Assembly: GCA_965238275.1 (NCBI GenBank)
Contig: OZ250186.1
Location: 1,696,001 to 1,760,000, forward strand
DNA length: 64,000 nt
DNA from: Nitrosopumilus sp.
GTDB taxonomy: Archaea > Thermoproteota > Nitrososphaeria > Nitrososphaerales > Nitrosopumilaceae
Reading direction: 5' to 3'
Positions 63,474 to 64,000 of the stretch are shown one piece after another. The translations under genes were made by a program, and so were the position numbers. Within the stretch, counting starts at the first letter, position 1. Every line of letters begins with the position of its first letter. The notes under the pieces are model-generated. The model worked only from the letters and a program-made list of their open reading frames with translations. It was not told the DNA's origin and did no database searches.

Positions 63474-63869
63474 ATGGTAAAGGAGTTCTTGTACAGGGGT
63501 ATCCCCAAGGAGGAACTCGAAAAGGTCCCACTGGACAGGCTCTTCCAGCTGTTCAATGCCAGGCAGAGAAGATCCCTTACCAGGGGCATTACAGACGGCA
63601 AGCGAAAGCTGATAGGCGAGATAAAGGCCGCAAGGGCAGGCACCCTGAAGGGCCCAATCAAGACACACCTGCGGGATCTCATAGTGCTGCCAGGCATGGT
63701 GGATGTTACAGTAAACGTATTTTCAGGAAAGGAGTTTGTCCCGGTACTGATAAAAACCGAGATGATAGGACACTATCTCGGGGAGTACGTGATAACCAAC
63801 AAGAAGGTATCCCATGGGGCCCCCGGAGTGGGCGCCTCAAGATCAAGCCTCTACGTCCCGTTGAAGTGA
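63474..63869 (+). CDS. rps19: 30S ribosomal protein uS19
   Basis: 'KTHLRDLIVLP...MIGHYLGEY...HGAPGVGASRSS'. Confidence 0.98.
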   Translation: MVKEFLYRGIPKEELEKVPLDRLFQLFNARQRRSLTRGITDGKRKLIGEIKAARAGTLKGPIKTHLRDLIVLPGMVDVTVNVFSGKEFVPVLIKTEMIGHYLGEYVITNKKVSHGAPGVGASRSSLYVPLK

Positions 63870-63874
63870 TTGTG

Positions 63875-64000
63875 ATGGGAAGGTTCGAATATGCGTTTCA
63901 GGGTTACGATCCTACAAGGCATGTCCGCGCCTCCATAAGGGAGAGGCCCATATCGCACAAGCATGCCCGTGAGATTGCAGTGGCCCTGAAGGGGATGACT
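63875..64000 (+). CDS. rpl22: 50S ribosomal protein uL22 (partial)
   Basis: MGRFEYAFQGYDPTRHVRASIRERPISHKHAREIAVALKGM...; follows rps19. Confidence 0.93.
   Translation, partial: MGRFEYAFQGYDPTRHVRASIRERPISHKHAREIAVALKGMT

Noticed and set aside
63435-63474. rpl2 missing between rpl23 and rps19
   Set aside because: To my knowledge this is the usual arrangement in Nitrosopumilaceae, where rpl2 lies elsewhere.

Overview
This 64 kb window comes from an ammonia-oxidising archaeon (Nitrososphaerota, Nitrosopumilaceae-like). It is probably host-associated, given the high GC, heavy IS load and DUF285/CFI-box-CTERM surface proteins. Core genes include EF-2, proteasome alpha, rpl3-rpl4-rpl23-rps19-rpl22, futalosine-pathway mqnE/mqnD, ESCRT-III, TrkH and CcdA/redoxin. 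These are interleaved with many mobile elements (IS66 x2, IS5-type x2, IS481 x2, IS6 and IS630 remnants), several toxin-antitoxin modules, and a decayed integrative island at about 34-43 kb. The best candidate for a new system is a 1,666-bp transposase-less element (28459-30124) that encodes only a catalytically intact TnpB/Cas12f-like nuclease. It is bounded by 25-bp terminal inverted repeats and a TA duplication, an IS630/Tc1-mariner-type architecture rather than IS200/IS605 hairpin ends. It sits exactly in the overlapping mazE-stop/mazF-start junction, and its 3' region carries a copy of neighbouring host DNA between 19-bp direct repeats. Also found: a 90-bp MITE in two identical copies with different 3-bp target duplications, three unannotated 46-aa ribbon-helix-helix paralogues, and a GTAAC operator array upstream of the ESCRT-III gene. 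All family calls come from motif recognition by eye; no database search was run. Some repeat-rich stretches look like assembly or polishing artefacts.
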